Shown here piece after piece: positions 1-12,017 of a stretch of 64,000 nucleotides of DNA. Source of the stretch: Leucoraja ocellata (Eukaryota); contig JAWMAR010000359.1 in assembly GCA_036785375.1 (NCBI GenBank), positions 1,240,001 to 1,304,000 of the forward strand, given 5' to 3'. The notes below the pieces were generated by a model, which worked only from the letters and a program-made list of their open reading frames with translations, did no database searches and was not told the DNA's origin. The position numbers and the translations under genes are program-made. Position 1 is the first letter of the stretch, and each line of letters begins with the position of its first letter.

Positions 1-85
1 GCCTTGGTCACCCTGGAGCCATGTCTCCGTGATCCCAACTATATCATAGTCATTAATAGCTATCTGCACATTCAACTCATCCACC
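1..85 (-). mobile_element. CR1 LINE fragment (APE endonuclease region), continues left of the window
   Basis: Reverse complement is identical over 85 nt to 29680-29764 of the CR1 ORF2 in this window (VDELNVQIAINDYDIVGITETWLQGDQG). Confidence 0.9.
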
Positions 86-167
86 ATCCACATGATGTAT
101 ACATGGCATTTTATAAACTCCCTCTTGGTAGGATGATCTAAAAGTTTAGGATTCATGGTATACATCC

Positions 168-1008
168 CCGCTGATGAGGATGAGTCAGAGTATAGAAGAG
201 AGATCGAGCAACTGTCCATATGGTGCCAGCACAATAACCTGGCCCTCAACACCAGCAAAACCAAGCAACTGATTGTGGACTTTAGAAGGAGTAGGATGTG
301 GACCACCAGTCCCATTTATATCAACGGGTCAATGGTTGTAAGGGTCAAGAGCTTAAAATTCCTGGGCATGCACATCTCTGAAAATCTTTCCTGGTCCGAG
401 ATCACTGATGCAATTATAAAGAAAGCACATCCGCGCCTCTACTTTCTGAGAAGATTACGGAGAGTTGGTTTGTCAAGGAGGACTCTCTCTAACTTCTACA
501 GGTGCATAGTAGAGAGCATGCTGACCGGTTGCAACATGGCTTGGTTCGGAAACTTGTGCACCCTGAAGAGGAAAAGACTACAAAAAGCTCTGACCTCCCT
601 TCCATCGAGGGAATCTATCGAAGTCACTGCCTTAAAAAGGCTGGCAGTATCATCAAGAACCCACACCATCCTGGCCACACACTTATCTCCCCGTTACCTT
701 CAGGTAGAAGGTACAGGAGCCTGAATACTGCAACGACCAGGTTCAGGAATAGCTACTTCCCCACAGCTATCAGGTTATTAAAATTGGCTCGGACAAAACT
801 CTGAACATTAATAGCCCATTATCTGTTATTTGCACTTTTATCAGTTTATTTATTCATGTGTGTATATATTTATATAATATATAATGGTATATGGACACAC
901 TGATCTGTTCTGTAGTCATGCCTACTATGTTCTGTTGTGCTGAAGCAAAGCAAGAATCTCATTGTCCTATCAGGGGCACATGATAATAAACTCTCTTAAA
1001 TCTTGAAT
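168..1008 (+). mobile_element. Rex1/Babar non-LTR retrotransposon, 5'-truncated 3' end (RT C-terminus, frameshifted)
   Basis: ORFs 155-724 and 502-804 give LNTSKTKQLIVDFRR, FLGMHISENLSW, RLYFLRRLRR, NFYRCIVES and HPGHTLISPLPSGRRYRS..TTRFRNSYFPTAIRLL, typical of the Rex1 RT C-terminus. The 3' UTR ends AATAAA plus a short TCTT(A/G)AA repeat. Confidence 0.85.
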
Positions 1009-1149
1009 CAGTACCTGCTGACTTGACAGCTTGTATTCAGAACTGCTTTACTTGTGATAGAGGGCAGTTAGTGGTGGAAGGATGTTACACTGGCTGGAGG
1101 TCTGTGATCAGTGGTATTCTGCAGGGATCTATGATAGGATCTCTGATTG

Positions 1150-1374
1150 NNNNNNNNNNNNNNNNNNNNNNNNNNNNNNNNNNNNNNNNNNNNNNNNNNN
1201 NNNNNNNNNNNNNNNNNNNNNNNNNNNNNNNNNNNNNNNNNNNNNNNNNNNNNNNNNNNNNNNNNNNNNNNNNNNNNNNNNNNNNNNNNNNNNNNNNNNN
1301 NNNNNNNNNNNNNNNNNNNNNNNNNNNNNNNNNNNNNNNNNNNNNNNNNNNNNNNNNNNNNNNNNNNNNNNNNN
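1150..1374. other. Assembly gap
   Basis: Run of N. Confidence 1.
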
Positions 1375-1769
1375 AACCTGGAAGGGTTTCCCATGTTACT
1401 GATTTGTAGTTACCATTTTCATATAGTATACAAATCTTTTTTTTTTTGTTTAAAAAATTTAGATGAATGATAAATCATTTTTTAATATTGATAATCTTTA
1501 AGGGGACTTGCAGCACCCTCCATAATGTTTGGGACAAAGACCCATCATTTATTTATTTGCTTCTGTACTCCACAATTTGAGATTTGTAATAGAAAAAATC
1601 ACATGTGGTAAAGTGTACATTGTCAGATTTTATCAAAGGGTATTTTTATTCAATTTGGTTTCACATTGTAGAAATTACAGCGGTGTTTATACATAGCACC
1701 CCCATTTCAGGGCAACATAATCTTTGGGACACATGGCTTCACAGGTGTTTGTAATTGCTCAGGTGTGTT

Positions 1770-2490
1770 TCATCATCGGCGCTCACTCGAAGTATGACTG
1801 TCCTCTCCTCTCCATAGGGTTGTGTACTTGTGGGTCTGCAGATGTCTGTAGAGGCCAGTCTGCGATGCACACACCTTGGTGCAACGTGGGCAGTGGAGAC
1901 TGGCGGTGGTTGGCAGTTGTCGAGCCCCCTTCTCTCTCTCCTTACGGTGCTGTCGCTTTGTCTCTGCGACACGGCATAATTCCATTTCGTAACGGGCAGC
2001 TCCTTCCTGCACGGATTTCCTCCAGGAGCACCTGTCCAGTGCAATGTGCTCCCAGTTGTGGAATTTCTTCAGACTTTTGTCAGCTTTTGAGGAAAGAATG
2101 CTGCCAAGGTAGGGGAAGTGATCAATGTTTTCAAGAGTGGTGTCGTCCACTTTTATAGTGGGCTGGGTAGATGGCTGGTTGGGTGGAGGTTGATGTAGGA
2201 CCTGGGTCTTCTTGATATTTAAGGCTAGGCCCATGGATCTGTATGCCTTGGCAAAGGCGTTCAGGATGCCATGGAGGTCTTCTGCAGCGTGTGCAGCAAT
2301 GGCCCAGTCTTCTGCGTATTGAAGCTCCATGATGGCGGTGTTACTGACTTTGCTCTTGACCTTCAACCTATTAAGGTTGAAGAGCCCACCATCAGTTCTG
2401 TAGAGGATTGGGATCCCCTGCGGCAGTTCTTCACCAATGAGGTAAAATATGGCAGCAATGAAGACGACTACCACCAGATGATGCATTTGT
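1770..2490 (-). mobile_element. RTE-clade LINE 3' fragment (RT C-terminus, internally deleted)
   Basis: ORF 1773-2486: YRTDGGLFNLNRLK, ELQYAED, GLALNIKKTQVL, FPYLGS, WEHIALDRCSWR, C-terminal CPRC..H...H finger. Ends in a GATGATGA tail. Confidence 0.85.
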
Positions 2491-2495
2491 TGTGA

Positions 2496-2740
2496 GTGCC
2501 TATGCCCCTACTTGACTCTGAAGAGGAAGCAAAAGAGAACTTCTACGCCTGCTTAGAGGAGATACTGTCTAAAATTCCCAGGGAGGATAAGATAATTCTC
2601 CTAGGAGACTTCAACGCCAGGGTCGGCCGGGACCAAAACATCTGGAAGGCTACCATAGGAAAGGAAGGCATCGGGAACATCAACTCCAATGCAGCTCTAG
2701 TTCTCAGCAAAAGTGCTCAGCACGACCTCATCATCACTAA
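2496..2740 (+). mobile_element. RTE-clade APE endonuclease fragment, inverted relative to the adjacent RTE 3' piece
   Basis: EEAKENFY..LEEILSKIPREDKIILLGDFNARVG...GIGNINSN...HDLIITN. Confidence 0.8.
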
Positions 2741-3392
2741 CAATAGGCAATACACAATAGGTGCAGGAGTAGACCATTTGGCCCTTTCAGCTAGCACTGC
2801 CATTCAATGTGATCATGGCTGATCATCCACAATCAGTACCCTACTTGAGCATGCCTTTTATATGCTGAAGAGAAAACGGAAGGGGACTAGTCCCCAAAAC
2901 AAGCATAAGTTAAAGACGGCTGCAATACAGGCCCGGCAGAGCATCACCAGAGAAGACACCCATTCATGATGTCCATGAATCGCAGACTTCAACCAGTTAT
3001 TACATGCAAAGGATAAGCAACAAAATACTAAACATGACTACTTTCATTCACATGATATTGCTGTGTCCCAAATTTTATGGTGCCCTGAAATAGGGGGAGA
3101 CTATGTAGAAACAGTGCGGTATTTTCTACATGGTGAAACCAAAATGTATAAAAATGGCCTTTATTAAAATTTGACAATGTGCACTTTAACCACATGTGTT
3201 TTTTTTCTATTACAAATCTCAAATTGTGGTGTACAGAGGCAAATAAATAAATGATGGGTCTTTGTCGCAAACATTATGGAGGGCACTGTATACGCTGAAC
3301 ACAGGAACTGAACAATAGTAGAAACAAGAATACAAGGAAAACAAAGAATTGGAGATGCTACCACTGTGGGTGTTGCTTATATGCAGTTTTTA

Positions 3393-3575
3393 TGTTCTCC
3401 CGTGACCTGCGTGGGTTTTCTCTGGGCGCTCCGGTTTCCTCCCAAAGACATACAGGTTTGTAGGCTAATTGGCTTCGGTAAAATTGTAAATTATCCCTAG
3501 TGTGTAGGATAGTGTGTGGGGTTTGCTGGTCGACAAAGGGCCTGTTTCTACACTGTATCCCTAAACTAAACTAAA
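3393..3575 (+). mobile_element. V-SINE (HE1-like) 3' fragment
   Basis: V-domain-like ttctcccgtgacctgcgtgggttttctctgggcgctccggtttcctccc and CR1-like tail gggcctgtttc...ctaaactaaactaaa. Confidence 0.75.
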
Positions 3576-4186
3576 GGGGCTACAGATGTTGGCTTACAAA
3601 AATAAAAAGACTCAAAGTGCTGATTAGTAGCTCAGCCTGTCAGGCAGCTTCTCTGGAGAGCATGGATAGGCAACATTTTAGGATGCTGAACCAAAACCAA
3701 ACAAGTGTTTTGCAACAAGAACTAATGTCCTTGAGCAAAGGTGTGAAAGAAAAAAGGATTAAGTTGTGGTTATTAAATACTTAGTGATTCCACCCATCAT
3801 TTATCAACAAGGCAAATATTTACAATTCACCAAGGGCATTTGATAGCAAGTCAAAAATAGATTTTAAACACTAAACTAACTGGGAACACCACATTTAGAA
3901 TGCTCCCTGCAACCCTTTGCGCTCAGCTTTCAAAAGTCACGCACTTGCTTCACAATGCAAATTGCTGGGATCAAAACTGCATTGCCGTGCAAGTGTCATG
4001 AAATGGATTCCGTAAAAAGCTAATTGGATAAATACTTGGGAAAGGAAATATTTCAAGGCTGCAAGGACAGAGAAAGGAGAATGATTACTTAATTAGCCCA
4101 TCCAAAGAATCAGCAGTGGCATGATAATCTGAATGCCTTCCTTCTGTGTTTTATTATATGAAATTGAAAAGGTTGGAAATGCTCAC

Positions 4187-4593
4187 GGGCGGCACGGTGG
4201 CGCAACGGTAAAGTTGTTGCCTTACGGCGCCAGAGACCCGGGCTCGATCCAGACTACAGGTGCTGTCTGTACGCAGTTTGTACGTTCTCCCCATGACTTT
4301 GTGGGTTTTTCCCCGGGTGCTCTGGTTTCCTCCCACACTCCAAAGACTCACAGGTTTGTAGGTTAATTGGCTTCGGTAAAGTTTGTAAATTGTCCAAGCT
4401 GACCAGCGATCCCCGCTCATTAACACTATCCCACACAAGGGACAATTTACGATTTTACCAAGCCAATAAGTCATCAAACTTGTGCGTCTTTGGTGTGAGG
4501 GATGGTGCATTTGTACCGGGATCACAGGTTGGCGCGGACTCGGTGGGTCAAAGGGCCTGTTTCCACGTTGCATCTCTAACACTCTAAACTAAA
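4187..4593 (+). mobile_element. tRNA-derived V-SINE (HE1-like) with an internal inverted segment
   Basis: Head ggcggcacggtggcgcaacggt (A box) and gggctcgatcc (B-box-like), V domain, tail gggcctgtttccacgttgcatctctaa...ctaaa. 4396-4500 is the same SINE body in reverse orientation. Confidence 0.85.
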
Positions 4594-5391
4594 AACACAT
4601 GTTTGCCTGGATCTATGGAGGGAGAAAGAGTTGGTTTCAGTTTCAAGACTTTTTTAACTAGCCCATGTCTATTACAAAAATGGACAAGTTGAATGTCTAT
4701 TCAATTAATTTTGAAGACATGGAAAGATTAGAAATCAGTAACAGGGTTAGAAAGGAGTAATTGGCATGTAATTCAATTGATAATAGGGGTTAACATGACC
4801 TCCTGCAGTTCAGACATTCAGTCCCGGATTCTTTGGTGCCAAACAAAATACTATCTTGATGTGGATGGAAAAAATTATGCTCGGGGTAGAAGGGGAAGCC
4901 GTTTACAGGCATAGATATGAGGGTGCTACTGATGTGGGTAAACAATGAGCTGAAGTTCTGGAAAATGTATTCAGGCAATTAGGAAAATGATCCAGGGCAG
5001 GTCTTCATGAATGTTACAGTTAAAATGCATACGTCTTAGTCTAAAAACGGGAAAATAAATTGATAAGATATAAATTAATTTTAACAGCAGGCTTGGGATG
5101 TCACTAAAATGTGTGAGCTTCTATGTAAATCTCTATAAACCTACTGCTGATAGCCATTATTTAATTTGAAAGGCTGTATGTCATACCAAAACACAAATCT
5201 TTCTCAAACTGGATAAGCATAGTATATAACCACAACATGACTTAATTTAGAAAGGATAGAAATGATTAAGCAGCTAGTATCGCAATACTGGTGAAGGTCA
5301 GCTCTAATTTGTATCAAAGTCTATTCAAACGGAATACAGTCAAAAATAATGAGGTCCTTTGGTGAAATTGGAAGTATAAAGGAAAAATATA

Positions 5392-7009
5392 CAGTGGCTT
5401 GCAAAAGTTTTCATACCCCTTGAAGTTTTCCACATATTGTCACGTTACAACCACAAACGTAAATGTATTTTATTGGGATTTTATGTGATAGAACAACACA
5501 AAGTGGCGCATAATTGTGAAGTGGAAGGAAAATGATACATGGTTTTCAAATCTTTTTACAAATAAAAATCTGAAAAGTGTGGCGAGCAAAAGTATTCAGC
5601 CCCCCTGAGTCAATACTTTGTAGAACCACCTTTCGCTGCAATTACAGCTGCAAGTCTTTTTGGGGTATGTCTCTACCAGCTTTGCACATCGAGAGACTGA
5701 AATTTTTGCCCATTCTTCTTTGTAAAATAGCTCAAGCTCAGTCAGATTGGATGGAGAGCGTCTGTGAACAGCATTTCTCAAGTCTTGCCAGAGATTCTCA
5801 ATTGGATTTTGGTCTTTACTTTGACTGGGCCATTCTAACACATGAATATGCTTTGATCTAAACCATTCAATTGTAGCTCAGGCTGTATGTTTAGGGTCGT
5901 TGTCCTGCTGGAAGGTGAACCTCCGCCCCAGTCTCAAGTCTTTTGCAGACTGTAACAGGTTTTCTTCCAAGATTGCCCTGTATTTGGCTCCATCCATCTT
6001 CCCATCAACTCTGACCAGCTTCCCTGTCCCTGCTGAAGAAAAGCATCATCACAGCATGATGCTGCAACCACCATGTTTCACAGTGGGGATGGTGTGTTCA
6101 GGGTGATGTGCAGTGTTAGTTTTCTGCCACACATAGCGTTTTGCATTTAGGCCAAAAACTTCAATTTTGGTCTCATCTGACCAGAGCACCTTCCTCCACA
6201 TGTTTGCCGGGTCCCCCACATGGCTTGTGGCAAACTGCAAACGGGACTTCTTATGGCTTTTTTTCAACAATGGCTTTCTTCTTGCCACTCTTCCATAAAG
6301 GCCCGATTTGTGGCATGCACGACTTATAGTTGTCCTGTGGACAGATTCTCCCACCTGAGCTGTGGATCTCTGCAGCTCCTCCAGAGTTACCATGGGCCTC
6401 TTGGCTGCTTCTCTGATCAATGCTCTTCTTGCCCGGCCTGTCAGTTTAGGTGGACGGCCATGTCTTGGTAGGTTTGCAGTTGTGCCATACGCTTTCCATT
6501 TTCGGATGATGGATTGAACAGTGCTCCGTGAGATATTCAAAGCTTGAGATATTTTTTTATAACCTAACCCTGCTTTAAACTTCTCCACAACTTTATCCCT
6601 GACCTGTCTGGTGTGTTCCTTGGGCTTCATGATGCTGTTTGTTCATTAATGTTCTCTAACAAACCTCTGAGGCCTTCACAGAACAGCTGTATTTATACTG
6701 AGATTAGATTACACACAAGTGGACTCTATTTACTAATTAGGTGACTTCTGAAGGCAATTGATTGCACTGGATTTTATTTAGGGGTATCAGAGTAAAGGGG
6801 GCTGAATACTTTTGCACGCCACACTTTTCAGTTTTTTATTTGTAAAAAATTCTGAAAACCATGTATCATTTTCCTTCCACTTCACAATTATGCGCCACTT
6901 TGTGTTGGTCTATCACATAAAATCCCAATAAAATACATTTACGTTTGTGGTTGTAATGTGACAAAATGTTGAAAAGTTCAAGGGGTATGAATACTTTTGC
7001 AAGCCACTC
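5392..7009 (-). mobile_element. Full-length Tc1 transposon (about 1.6 kb, about 210-bp IR/DR terminal inverted repeats, TA flanks)
   Basis: TA|CAGTGGCTTGCAAAAG at 5390-5407 and CTTTTGCAAGCCACTC|TA at 6994-7011. Long inverted repeats 5392-5605 and 6795-7009. Confidence 0.95.
5610..6630 (-). pseudogene. Tc1 DD34E transposase pseudogene
   Basis: Paired-like HTH (GYKKISQALNISRSTVQSIIRKW), GRPPK, WSDETK, HGGCSIML then two in-frame TGA stops, FQQDNDPKH, a further stop, WPSQS..NPIENLW and a late frameshift. Confidence 0.92.
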
Positions 7010-7156
7010 TATCATGGGAAGGTAACTTGAGCAGCTTGTGGAGAGCTGATTGCAACTTAGAAGAGGATTTATTACCCAGTTATCAATAGGGGTAGTTTCT
7101 AAATTGTACACAAACTAATTTCTCTAGCATTAGGATTAAGGCTCAACCTGTTTAGT

Positions 7157-7385
7157 TCATAGGTTCATAAGTACGAGGAGCAGAATTCGGTCATTCAGCC
7201 CATCGCTCCATTCAGCTCCACCATTTAATCATGGCTGATTTATCTCTCCCTCTCAACCCCATTCTCTTGCCTTTGCCCCATAACCCCCGATACCCTTCCA
7301 AATCAAGAATCTGTCAATCCCTGCCTTAAAGATATCCATTGATTTGGCAAAATATCCATTGATTTTCCACTGCTCTTTGTGGCAA
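7157..7385 (-). mobile_element. CR1 LINE 3' end
   Basis: Minus strand reads the CR1 3' UTR (ggttatggggc..agagaatggggttgagaggg..cagccatgatt) and a (TATGAACT)-like tail. Confidence 0.75.
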
Positions 7386-8129
7386 GTTGTCAGGAAGCGG
7401 AAACATTAGACGTTAACTAACGTAACAATAACCTCATATTAGTTGTATCAGCGTTAAAATATTCACAGATGGATGGTTAATTTTAAGCAGTGACCTTCTT
7501 TGATTTTTAGGCTGTTCATGTTTCTGAAGATTTAAACTGACAAAATAAAATCTCGAATTTCAACCCAAATGTTTTTGTCAACAGCAAATTTGAGTTTCTC
7601 ACCAGAAATGATTTTATCAATACAACATTCAATCTTTTAATATCACATAATTTAAATAGTTTTATATTAGTTTACAACTAGTTTTACATTGAGTTTTACA
7701 CAGGTGCCATATTAACCAGAGAAATAATGCACCATTTCTCTGCGACCCTAGATATTTTCAAGTAATCTGTTATTGTCCAAAATGTATTCCATCCTTTCAT
7801 ACATTATGTTGTGATAAAGAGAATTAATCAATTAAAAAATAATGTAATATTTTTTTTTAGCAAAATGTAGATTTATTTCACAGTCAGAAAACCTTATTAT
7901 TATAATATTAAAACATCTTCCTGCATTAACTGCACTCTGCATCATTTACTAACAGGAATATAGCAGATGTTTTCCTGACTACAGAATGCAAGATACACAG
8001 GATCACCAATGCTCAGTAAGTACGAGGTGCACACTCAGGCCAAACCCCGGTGCACTTGATCTTCAATCAGGTAATCAAAACGTTACCACTCAACTTATAT
8101 AGGAATATCTCAATTTCATCTCATTGTAT

Positions 8130-8725
8130 TCCACCGAGCCCAACAGCCTTGGGTGCACCAGGAGTTGTCGCAGCTGTCAGGTTGGCTTTCCTGAGAGTGA
8201 ACCTGCAGAAAGCAACTGACCCAGATAGAATCCCAGCTTCTTCCTCAGCACCTGCATGGACTAGCCGGCAGAAGTATTCACTGAATTCTTTAACCTCTCC
8301 TGAGTTCAATCTGATGTATCCACCTGCTTTAAAATGACCACGATGAACCCAGTGCCAAAGAAAAGCGTGGTAGTGTGCCTTAATGACTACCTTCCAGTGC
8401 TCTGACATCCCCATCATGAAGTGCTTCGAGAGACTTTGAGAGACATTAAGAGACATTAACTCCAGCCTCCCAGACATCCATAGTCTAATGCAGTTTGCCT
8501 ACCATTGTGACAAGTCCATGGCAGATGCCATCTCTCGGGCCCTGAACTGATCTCTGGAACACTTAGATAACAAAATAACCTACATTAGATTCCTATACAT
8601 TGACTGTAGCTCAAGCTTCAACACCGCAATCACAACCAAACTAATCACCAAACTCCTGGATCCAGGAGTCAGCAACTACTCTGCCACTGGATCCTTGATT
8701 TCCTGACTCATGGACCACAATCCAT
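8130..8725 (+). mobile_element. Decayed Rex1/Babar RT fragment
   Basis: Remnant motifs [51 protein letters not shown] across frameshifts. Confidence 0.7.
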
Positions 8726-8734
8726 GATAATTCT

Positions 8735-9068
8735 CATAATTGCAAGAGGATTTCAGTATAGGAATAAGGAAGTTCTTCTGCAGTTGTATAGGGCTCGGGT
8801 AAGACCAGATCTGGAGTATTGTGTACAGTTTTGGTCTCCTAATTTGAGGAAGGACATCTTTGTGATTGAGGCAGTGCAGTGTAGGTTCACAAAATTGATC
8901 CCTGGGATGGCGGGACTGTCATATATGAGGAAAGATTGAAAAGACTAGGCTTGTATTCACTGGAGTTTCGAAGGATGCGGGGGGATCTTATAGAAACATT
9001 TAAAATTATAAAAGGACTGGACAAGCTAGATGCAGGAAAAATGTTCTCAATGTTGGGCGAGTCCAAAG
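8735..9068 (+). mobile_element. CR1 LINE RT C-terminal fragment
   Basis: [30 protein letters not shown]; LGLYSLEFRRMRGDLIETFKI. Confidence 0.85.
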
Positions 9069-10779
9069 CTCGGTCAGCATCTACAAGTTGGGCTGAAGGA
9101 CCTGTTTCTGTGCTGTATGACTCTATGCATGCAACATCTAATCTGTGTAATGGGATGTGTTCAACAACCATCGTACCTCAACTATGGTCTAACCATTATC
9201 TTGTTATTATGAAGTGCAGTAAGATTCAGCCTTGGTCATTATTATGGAATAAGGTGGGTAGCAAATTTGGAGATCAGAAAGACTTTTCTGGGGATTTGGA
9301 CCAAAGATTCAACGCAACATTTTTAATATTGTAGCTGATTAGCTTAATATGAACTCAGTGGGATCAAAGTTATTATGTTCAATAATGATGTTCAACTATA
9401 TAAAGACAGCTTTATGCACAACAGAAATAGATTGGGAATGCTGCGATCGCCATGTCTGGAATGGTGAAAATACGTAGCAAGCCCAGTGCAGACTACTTAA
9501 CATACTGTGTTGTTTCTCGGTCATGGTACGGAGCATACCAGACATTTGACTTTTGCTGCAACTGTTGCCATGCGCTTGTTTCATTTAGTCAAATAAAGAG
9601 GGCCTCTCTCATCTGCCAATTGATAGTACTGATCCACCACCTACAACATAAAACATTAACCAAGATTTGCAATTCCCCATAAACTGTATTAAATGCCGCT
9701 AAATAAATGTCTACATTTGAAGGAATTAGTGTGAGTGACCTACTCAAATTACGAACAATGCCATTAGCAAATCCTGGACAAGTAGTTCATTCAAGAGACC
9801 CAAGACTAAATTGACCAACAAAACAAGGCTTTAAAAAAAAAAGCAGTATCCAGTTTCAATTATTTGAACTAACGCTGCTCGTATCTACCAAGTCTGTGAA
9901 CCTCTATCCGCTGGTGGGAAGCAATCAAGAGTGGGACAGCAGAACATAAACAAAGGCTATTAGTATACGGAGGGATTTTGGACTCCCGGTTTATGAATCA
10001 TATCAATATATACAAACTGGACAAGCAATTAGGAAGGCAACTAATACATAAGAACTTATTGTAAGTGTGCTGAAGTGAGCCACGATATCAGGTTTAAGTG
10101 AGATCAGATAGGGAATACACTGTTTCGTTCAGGAATATATACCAAAGGAAGGATGCACCCCCATCATTTAACCTGTTCAAAGAATATATAGGCAGCCCCA
10201 TATGACAAGGTGGTGTAGGTGTTTAATAAAATGAAAACAGATCTCTTTATAATGTACAACATTTTGAGAAGGCACAGCAGGGTTTATGCTGAGAAGCTGT
10301 TCACCTTGGACAGATAAGAACCAAAGATGCAGACAGAAGATAACGCCTAACTTTTTAAGAGAACTATCTTCACATATTTTAACACAAAGACTCCTCGGGT
10401 CAGGCAGCATCTCTGGTGTTAATAGGAATAGGTCACGGTCCTTCTTCAGAATGAAAGTAGGGGATTGGGGGGGTGTGGGGGGGGGGGCGGTTTGAAGAGT
10501 AAAAATATTTTGCTAGGGTAGTTTACAATGCAGCGGTATGAGCATTGAATTCTCAAATTTTAAGTAACTTCTAACACTCCCCTCTCCTCTCCTCCCTCCT
10601 TGCATCTTTCTCCACCCTAGTCGTTCAACCAGTTCCACAGTTCAGCTCATTGTATCCCTCGAGATCACACCTTCCTTAGCCAACAATGAGCCTACCAGGG
10701 CACCTCCCTGCCAGAAGACTGGTGTTTGTGGCCCTGATTAGTCCTGGCCTTTTCTCACCTCCTACTCTCCTCCCCCCCT

Positions 10780-11552
10780 CCAAAACACAAAAACACAATA
10801 AAAATTTAACACAAACATCCACCACGGCATTCATCACTATGGTGGAAGGCACAAAATTTGGCCAGTCCTCCTCCATTTTCCCCCGTGGTCGGGAACTCAA
10901 CCCTCCGCAGCGGGCATCCAGATGAGTGAAAGTCAAGGTAAGTCCTGAAATGGTGCCTCCCCACCGGAGACCGCGGCTTCAGATTGGTGTAGGCCATAGG
11001 CCGGCGGTCAAAGATTTAAAGTTCCTGCCGCGCCGCAGCCAGAAGCACCACAGACCGCAGGGCCGGCGGTCGAAGCTCGCCTCCAGGGATCCCCGGCGAG
11101 GGACCCCGCTCCTGATGATAAGGCGCAGCCGCGCCCGCGGTAGAAGTTGGCCGCGGGCCAACGGTCAGAGCTTCTTCTTCTCCTGGGTCCCCAACAAGGG
11201 ATCCCAGGCTGCGGACGCCGCGCCAGCTGGAGCTCTGCAGACCGCGGCTTCAGGCTGCCGCGGGTCAGCGAACGGAGCGCTCCCCTCCGGCGATCCCCGA
11301 CAAGGGCTCGCCAGTTCCGCGCCGAGAGTCCACGCTGCGCCCGCGATTGAAGCCCCAGGCGCGTCTCCGGGAAAGGCCGCACCGATCCTTGTTGTTAGGC
11401 CACGGGGGAGGCGACTTGGAAAAAGTCGCCTCTCCGTGGAGGAGGCGACCGAAGCGGTTTCCCCCTTACACCCCCCCCTCCCCATACACAAAGAAACATT
11501 AAAAACATACATTAAAACATACTAAAAAAACAAAACAAGTAGAAAAAAACGA
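10780..11552 (-). mobile_element. GC/CpG-rich non-coding interspersed repeat, related to 24420-25293
   Basis: Shares blocks in the same order with the 24.8-25.3 kb element: taac(a)aaacat(c/t)cacc..ggaaggca, cggtcgaagctc, ggaaaaagtcg..tctcc, then a C-run and A-rich stretch. Confidence 0.6.
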
Positions 11553-11699
11553 CCCATGTTGGTCCTTCACAGAAAACATGCTGCATCAATCTGTAGTGTG
11601 CATGGTTAAGCATATATGTTACCATGGTCCAGGATTTATTGACACAGGTTGATCATATGCTGAATAATCCAACCACATTTTAGTTTGGAATTGGAAAGA

Positions 11700-12017
11700 A
11701 CTAATAGAAATTGCATTAATTGCAATGTGTAAAAAGAGTTGAGATACTGTCTTATAATTTTGCTGCAGGTCATTGTGGGATATATCATGTCTTGATTGGT
11801 GAATATGTTTAGTTTGTGACTTTATTTGAATCAGAAATAATATGTGAATGCTTCATTGAGCATAATTCTGACGTATCTACGCACTTCGTCCACGCACATT
11901 ATCGCACGCGTCACGCAAACCATCTTCAATGACCACCTAAACTGTCATTTGGCAACCTAAAAAGCTGCCAAGGTTGCCCGGCTGGCAACAGGGGAAAAAA
12001 GTTAAGTGAAAGCCCTG
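11700..12017 (-). mobile_element. One end of a probable hAT-type DNA transposon
   Basis: Minus strand begins CAGGGCTTTCACTTAACTTTTTTCC, a CAGGG-type terminus, with short ggcaac subterminal repeats. The other end was not found. Confidence 0.4.

Larger units (their letters stand above)
1511..3288 (+). mobile_element. Decayed Tc1-family DNA transposon (IR/DR type) with nested retroelements
   Basis: About 220-bp inverted termini: 1511 cagcaccctccataatgtttgggacaaagacccatc and 3288 ...gatgggtctttgtcgcaaacattatggagggcactg followed by TA. Internal direct repeat cataat(g/c)tttgggaca. 2845-3030 encodes the Tc1 C-terminus LEHAFYMLKRK..PQNKHKLKTAAIQARQSITREDT. Confidence 0.8.

Noticed and set aside
1023-1470. 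ORFs spanning poly-X (also 33074-33732, 46857-47075, 48856-49924)
   Set aside because: Artefacts of N gaps. The Pro/Ser/Leu-rich translations come from the GA minisatellite.
4187-4260. Possible tRNA gene
   Set aside because: It is the tRNA-derived head of a V-SINE, continuing into the V domain and LINE-like tail.
10926-11525. 199-aa Arg/Pro/Ala-rich ORF and overlapping ORFs
   Set aside because: Open frames on both strands reflect high GC content in a repeat. No recognisable domain.
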